This document shows positions 27,898-32,000 of a DNA stretch of 32,000 nt, one piece after another. Position numbers and translations under genes: made by a program. Under the pieces are notes generated by a model. It searched no databases. It saw only the letters and a program-made list of their open reading frames with translations, and had not been told where the DNA came from. Numbering within the stretch: the stretch's first letter is position 1; every line of letters begins with the position of its first letter. Source of the DNA: Desulfobulbus propionicus DSM 2032. GTDB lineage: Bacteria; Desulfobacterota; Desulfobulbia; Desulfobulbales; Desulfobulbaceae. Location of the stretch: the NCBI RefSeq assembly GCF_000186885.1, contig NC_014972.1:180001-212000 (forward strand), in the 5' to 3' direction.

Positions 27898-28211
27898 TGA
27901 CGGTCCTCCAGCTGCGCGACAATCTTGGCGAGGCCATGGGCCATGTCGGTACGATGCCCGACCAGGTCTTTGAAGAGATTGAGGTGGTTGCAGAGGTGGT
28001 CCAGGATCGCCAGTATTCCGTCGACCGCGAGCAATCGGCATTCCCTGTCGCTGAGGCTTCGCTGCGCCTGAGGCAGTTGTTCCCTGGCCATGGCTACCAA
28101 CTGTTGCACCATAGGGCTGGGGTGGCGCCGCGAATCGGTATTTGCAGCAAAAGAGGCGAAAGAGTGGGCAACGGCGGTCTTTCTGCCGCCGGGTACGAGG
28201 GTGAGGTGCAT
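27891..28211 (-). CDS. Small antirepressor-module protein, copy 2
   Basis: MHLTLVPGGRK...AREQLPQAQRSL...LDHLCNHLNLFKDLVGHRTDMAHGLAKIVAQLEDRHA; paralogue of 22082..22399. Confidence 0.8.
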   Translation of the reverse strand: MHLTLVPGGRKTAVAHSFASFAANTDSRRHPSPMVQQLVAMAREQLPQAQRSLSDRECRLLAVDGILAILDHLCNHLNLFKDLVGHRTDMAHGLAKIVAQLEDRHA

Positions 28212-28237
28212 ATTCTGATGCAAGACCGACCGTTCCA

Positions 28238-29029
28238 TCACGCCACCTCCCGCACCGTCAGACCAAACACCTGGATACGGCCGCCGACCTTGGCCAGGGT
28301 GTAGCCGAGGTCGCGCAGCCTTGCGGCCAGCTCCCGGCTGGTGGCGATATTGACTTGGTTGAGGCCGTGGTCCAGGCACCATTGCCGGTACGCCCGGTGC
28401 ATTTCGGCCAGGGTCAGGCGGGGTGCCGGGTCCGGCACGGCCCGGGTGCAATCGTTGAGGAATCCGTCCAGCGAGGTTTCGACCTCCCGGCCGGGGGTGA
28501 TATGAAGGGCGTCCTCCACCAGATCGTCCATCTCGATGCCGGTCAGCCGTTGCAGCAGGGTGAGCGAGGTCCTGGTGGGCCGGGTGAGGATCTTGGTCAG
28601 GTCCAGGGTGTAGCGGATGTCGAGACCGGAGTCGGACACCGGGCCACGGTGGTGGAAGATGTCGGCGCGCTTGCCCTGGTTGGGCAGGGCGTAGCCGCCG
28701 GTCTTGCGGATCGAGGGGAGTACCTCGGCGGTGACCCATTTACGGAAGGGTTTGGCCTGGGGTTTGTTGGAACGGATGATCAGGGTGTAGAGGCCGGATT
28801 CGGAGATGATGAGCATGTTGCGCGTCTGACCTGCTCCGGCTATTTGCCGGACCAGCTTCTCATCATCATCGAGAAATTGGGTCGCGTCACTTGCGTCGGC
28901 ATACTCCAATACATCGCAAACATCCCTGGCGACAAACCAGGGATCGCCATCAATGGTCAGGGCACGAATTTCGTTGGACTCGAACTGGAAGGGGATTACT
29001 GCGGATGGACTACTGGCGGGACTGCTCAT
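28238..29029 (-). CDS. Antirepressor with BRO-N domain (ant2)
   Basis: IRALTIDGDPWFVARDVCDVLEYADASDA...FRKWVTAEVLPSIRKTGGY; RBS GGAGG before the ATG at 29029; C-terminal HHRGPVSDSGLDIRYTLDLTKILTRPTRTSLTLLQRLTGIE shared with ant1. Confidence 0.88.
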   Translation of the reverse strand: MSSPASSPSAVIPFQFESNEIRALTIDGDPWFVARDVCDVLEYADASDATQFLDDDEKLVRQIAGAGQTRNMLIISESGLYTLIIRSNKPQAKPFRKWVTAEVLPSIRKTGGYALPNQGKRADIFHHRGPVSDSGLDIRYTLDLTKILTRPTRTSLTLLQRLTGIEMDDLVEDALHITPGREVETSLDGFLNDCTRAVPDPAPRLTLAEMHRAYRQWCLDHGLNQVNIATSRELAARLRDLGYTLAKVGGRIQVFGLTVREVA

Positions 29030-29181
29030 GGCGTTACCTCCGTACAAAAAGGATTTTGACGCCCATTTCCGCTGTCAAACGGAAAAAGGGCGAACACTGT
29101 GCGGGTTGACAGACCGGTGTACGGACCGGCAGGGGTTGCCCCCTCCCACACAGCGCCGCCCAAACAAGAGAGCTTCGCCAT
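29026..29181 (-). CDS. Icd-like 51-aa leader ORF, ATGA-coupled to ant2
   Basis: MAKLSCLGGAVWEGATPAGPYTGLSTRTVFALFPFDSGNGRQNPFCTEVTP; TGA overlaps the ant2 ATG. A competing frame (29034..29240) cannot be excluded. Confidence 0.45.
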   Translation of the reverse strand: MAKLSCLGGAVWEGATPAGPYTGLSTRTVFALFPFDSGNGRQNPFCTEVTP

Positions 29182-29192
29182 GGTGTGGACGC

Positions 29193-29281
29193 AAAAAAAC
29201 CGCCGAATATGAGACTGGTGGCGGTGCGTCCGCCGTACAATCAGGCTGTCAAACCCGAGCCGCTGGATTTTGCCAGCGACG
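29193..29281 (-). ncRNA. C4-like antisense RNA, copy 2
   Basis: Minus strand: H1 CGCTGG-CAAAAT-CCAGCG (29278-29261), H2 TCGGG-TTTGACAG-CCTGA (29258-29241), H3 GGCGG-ACGCA-CCGCC (29234-29220), then ACCGCC...GGCGGT+T7. Loop TTTGACAG pairs with CTGTCAA (target 29112-29102); GGACGCA pairs perfectly with TGCGTCC (29193-29187). Confidence 0.87.
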
Positions 29282-29286
29282 CCGTT

Positions 29287-29316
29287 ATAATAGCCTGAAA
29301 AGATTTTTTTTGTCAA
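29287..29316 (-). promoter_or_regulatory. Sigma70-type promoter for module 2 leader
   Basis: TTGACA (29316-29311), 18-bp spacer, TATTAT (29292-29287). Confidence 0.85.
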
Positions 29317-29344
29317 CGATACAAAATAAAGGATGGTAATAATC

Positions 29345-29794
29345 ATGGGATACAGGGAGCTTACCGAAGTGGAATTCGACAGGATCGGAAAAACGGTCAG
29401 GACTATAACTGAAGCAAAGAAGTGGTTTGTATCGTACTTGGTTGAAAACAGGATATGCTCAGAAGAAACGGCTAAAAATAGTGCCGATGAAATACCGTAT
29501 GATTTTGAGACTGAAATTGAAAATTTAAGATTTGAAATTGATGAAGAGAAGGAAAGTTTAAGAGAAGCAAAGGCTGATTTGGCAGAAGCAAAGAGGTTGT
29601 TGAAAAAATGCAAAACAAACAAGGATAAGGAGGACGCTGCTCTTGATGTAAAAGATGCAGAAGAGGATATTGAAGAAATAAAAAAGCAAATAAGTGCGAT
29701 AAAAAGCGATATAGCAAGTCTGAAAGCTGACAAAAAGTACTTCTTGATATCATTTACGAACAGACACATTTCATACATAGAAAGAAAAAAATGA
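29345..29794 (+). CDS. Coiled-coil protein of unknown function
   Basis: MGYRELTEVEFDRIGKTVRTITEAKKWFVSYLVENR...; Lys/Glu-rich coiled coil; divergent from the C4-like module. Confidence 0.6.
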   Translation: MGYRELTEVEFDRIGKTVRTITEAKKWFVSYLVENRICSEETAKNSADEIPYDFETEIENLRFEIDEEKESLREAKADLAEAKRLLKKCKTNKDKEDAALDVKDAEEDIEEIKKQISAIKSDIASLKADKKYFLISFTNRHISYIERKK

Positions 29795-29954
29795 CTAAAA
29801 ATTTCAGCGGTGTACTCGGTGATCCAGCTGGCGGTTTGCAAGCACTTTTTCTTGTTGATCCAGGCAACCGGTTGAATCTCCGACGCGATTGCGGTACCGT
29901 GGTGACGCCAATCAACCAACAGCGACCAACCATCACGCCGGAGGTGTACCGTAT

Positions 29955-30369
29955 GTCCATAAATCCACTGAAACTTCTTGAAGATTTGATCAACGAGCAT
30001 GGCAGCAGCTCAATCCTTAGAGAGCGGTTGCTTCTTGTTAAAGATGAACTTGGCAAGGTCGAAAAAGAACGTGCTGATTTGCAGCGACAACTCGCCGAGG
30101 CGATGGAAAAACTTCGCTATCTTCGCGAAGAAGTGAAGAAAAAAAGTGTTCCCGAGAACTTTACCGAATATCGCGGGGCACTGTTCAAACGAGACGTGTC
30201 GGGTCGGCACGCCCCACTTGCCCATTGCCCCGAGTGTAAGCGGCCACTTGTGAACACAGACCCGTGCGTGTTTCCGTATAATTGCACCACACCTGGATGC
30301 CGATACGAGGTAACCATCAAGGAAGATCTTGAGCTTATTGCGCAAAGGCTTGATCATATAGCCTCCTGA
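29955..30369 (+). CDS. Coiled-coil zinc-ribbon protein of unknown function
   Basis: MSINPLKLLEDLINEHGSSSILRERLLLVKDELGKVEKERADLQRQL...CPECKRPLVNTDPCVFPYNCTTPGCRYEV; GGAGG RBS upstream. The open frame extends up to an ATGA overlap at 29791. Confidence 0.65.
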
Positions 30370-30556
30370 GAAACTGGTTCTGTTGTCCGCACGGTCATCG
30401 CGAGTGGTTTTTGCATGGTTTTTCTCCGTTGATTCTCCCATGTGCCCGCAGTAGCATGTGAAGCACCACCAACAACACGCCAACCAACAGGCACACAGGA
30501 GAAAAGCATGGGGGAAGGAAGAACTCGATTTGTTGCACAAAATCGTCGACATGTAC

Positions 30557-31039
30557 TCACGGCTTCATCCAATCGGGAACAAAGCCGCCCGCGATATGGC
30601 CCTGCAGCCGGTCAAGAGCGAGTTGCGCTATCTTCGGCAGCGGGTCGCCCTCGACCGCTCCGATATGTTTCAGTACATCGACGAGTTGGAGAGCAGTTTC
30701 AGCGGAGCACTCGCCACCAGGCCAACCCTCGGCCACAGCCCGCAGCAACACCAATTGCGGGCAAACAACGCCGTCCGGGTGCTGGAACGCAATCTCGGCA
30801 AATTCGATTATTCGGGATAAACGTTGGTAGTAGGGCGTAGTTCGGTAATCCACCACTTTCCCATGTTGGTCTGGGAAGAATCGGACCACGTTTTTTCTCT
30901 GGTAATCGATGATGCTTTTCAACCGCCAACTTGCCCAGGCCAGGGAATCGGCTACACTGCACCGGCAGGGGTGAAATTCTTTGAGGTAGCCTTTACAGGA
31001 AAATGTTGATAACCCGGCTCGATCCATCATTTGTTCCAT
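30557..31039 (-). CDS. Hypothetical accessory protein
   Basis: 160 aa, balanced composition (RLSRIIEFAEIAFQHPDGVVCPQLVLLRAVAEG...ALQLVDVLKHIGAVEGDPLP). Confidence 0.5.
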   Translation of the reverse strand: MEQMMDRAGLSTFSCKGYLKEFHPCRCSVADSLAWASWRLKSIIDYQRKNVVRFFPDQHGKVVDYRTTPYYQRLSRIIEFAEIAFQHPDGVVCPQLVLLRAVAEGWPGGECSAETALQLVDVLKHIGAVEGDPLPKIAQLALDRLQGHIAGGFVPDWMKP

Positions 31040-31139
31040 CCCCTCTTGCTTGCGTGTTTCATTGGCTCCAGCCGATCCAGCAGGTGGATCACACGTTCTT
31101 TTTCTTGATAAAGCTAATAAACGTTACTACATTAAATGC

Positions 31140-31412
31140 ATGGACATTGAATTCGACCAGGACAAACGCGACATCACCTTGCGTGAGCGCGGACTCGATT
31201 TTGCCGATGCCGCCGAGGTGTTTGCCGGCGTCTCTGTCACCATCCCGGACATCCGGCGCGATTATGGCGAACAGCGCAACGCGACCGTTGGCATGCTTGG
31301 TGAGCGGGTTGTGGTCCTGGTCTGGACACCACGCGGTGATAAACGCCGCATTATCTCCATGAGGTATGCCAATGAGCGCGAAAGGAAAAAATTCGCCGGA
31401 CGCCTGGGTTGA
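31140..31412 (+). CDS. brnT: BrnT-like toxin
   Basis: MDIEFDQDKRDITLRERGLDFADAAEVFAG...DYGEQRNATVGMLGERVVVLVWTPRGDKRRIISMRYANERERKKF is the BrnT pattern. Confidence 0.9.
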   Translation: MDIEFDQDKRDITLRERGLDFADAAEVFAGVSVTIPDIRRDYGEQRNATVGMLGERVVVLVWTPRGDKRRIISMRYANERERKKFAGRLG

Positions 31413-31674
31413 TCCCGACGACGCCCCTGAACTGACCGAGGAAGATTTCGCACGCGGCCAGTGGATGATTGGCGAACGGGTTGTTTCCAAGGACGAAGCC
31501 CGCCATGAGATCAAGAAATTGTCGCGGGGTCGCCCGCCTGGCAGTGGTAGCAAGCGGTCGACCACCGTCCGTTTCGACACCGACGTGCTCGACGCCTTCA
31601 AGGCCACCGGGCGCGGCTGGCAAACGCGCATGAACGATGCCCTACGCGACTGGCTCAAGGAGCATCGGCCCTGA
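31366..31674 (+). CDS. brnA: BrnA-like antitoxin
   Basis: APELTEEDFARGQW...RGRPPGSGSKRSTTVRFDTDVLDAFKATGRGWQTRMNDALRDWLKEH (RHH domain); overlaps brnT. Confidence 0.9.
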   Translation: MPMSAKGKNSPDAWVDPDDAPELTEEDFARGQWMIGERVVSKDEARHEIKKLSRGRPPGSGSKRSTTVRFDTDVLDAFKATGRGWQTRMNDALRDWLKEHRP

Positions 31675-31677
31675 TTC

Positions 31678-31797
31678 ATGGCTGGACTGATTCCCAACGA
31701 GGTGGTCGGAGCCGTCATCGAGGGCGGGAAAACCCCTAAAGCCACGCGCGAAAAATTAGCGCGAGCCATGGGTATCACCGAACCGATGCTGCATTGA
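31678..31797 (+). CDS. 39-aa ORF resembling part of an XRE/CI-type HTH protein
   Basis: MAGLIPNEVVGAVIEGGKTPKATREKLARAMGITEPMLH, 3 nt after brnA. Confidence 0.35.
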   Translation: MAGLIPNEVVGAVIEGGKTPKATREKLARAMGITEPMLH

Positions 31798-32000
31798 TTG
31801 ATACCCCCATGGTCCTGAGAACCATCCCTTTTGATGTTGTCGACCACCTGAATTCGGGTTTTTTGTTGGGTTTTACCGTTCATCTGCTTTCGTCCTGCTC
31901 GTCCTGGTTCGTCTTTTTTCGTCCTGTTTGATTTTTCTTAATGATTCTTATAGGATGATGTATTTAGTATGACGTAGGATGAAATATGTGACGTGCGCGC

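Noticed and set aside
29034-29240. 68-aa ORF MYGGRTATSLIFGGFFASTPWRSS... as the Icd-like protein
   Set aside because: Not excluded, but its ORF-track start lies inside the C4 RNA and it is not start-stop coupled to ant2. It was kept only as an alternative frame.
29026-30000. 324-aa minus ORF spanning the C4 module and the 29345 gene
   Set aside because: The upstream part is Phe/Ser-rich antisense of the coiled-coil gene. Only the 51-aa 3' end (from 29181) is plausible as a leader ORF.
30458-30820. Plus-strand ORF MKHHQQHANQQAHRRKAWGKEELDLLHKI...
   Set aside because: It overlaps the minus ORF 30557-31039, which has more protein-like composition. This is not certain; homologue conservation would decide which strand is coding.
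31089-31883. 264-aa minus ORF at the right end
   Set aside because: It is antisense to the well-supported brnT/brnA pair.

Overview
The window is most of a lambdoid, siphovirus-like prophage or temperate phage. Minus-strand order, right to left, is: primase-like protein, zinc-finger and coiled-coil proteins, TerS-like protein, an inserted antirepressor module, GpA-like TerL, gpW-like protein, portal, prohead protease, capsid, decoration protein, tail tube, tail chaperone, tape measure, tail tip, fibre-like proteins, and lysis genes. The left end carries the 3' half (anticodon arm to CCA) of a tRNA-Arg(CCU) next to a strong bidirectional terminator and a 10-bp direct repeat, which looks like an attachment site. 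The right end carries BrnT/BrnA-like toxin-antitoxin genes. No integrase or full-length repressor was recognised. The strongest non-coding result is two paralogous minus-strand leader modules (about 22434-22704 and 29072-29316), each upstream of a BRO-N-type antirepressor. Each has three small hairpins, a U7 tract and downstream complementary target sites, matching the logic of the C4 antisense RNA/icd/ant immunity circuit of phages P1 and P7. The copies differ in hairpin stems with compensatory changes. In the antisense loop they differ by an AG/GA swap that is mirrored in the cognate target and in a second antisense-like segment further downstream. This suggests two insulated riboregulatory circuits in one phage. 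Other items: a 10-bp-phased repeat array between ant1 and terL, a moron-like convergent gene pair, a likely -1 frameshift in the tail chaperone, and a 55-bp duplication scar in the tail region. All calls come from reading sequence and ORF translations; no database search was run.
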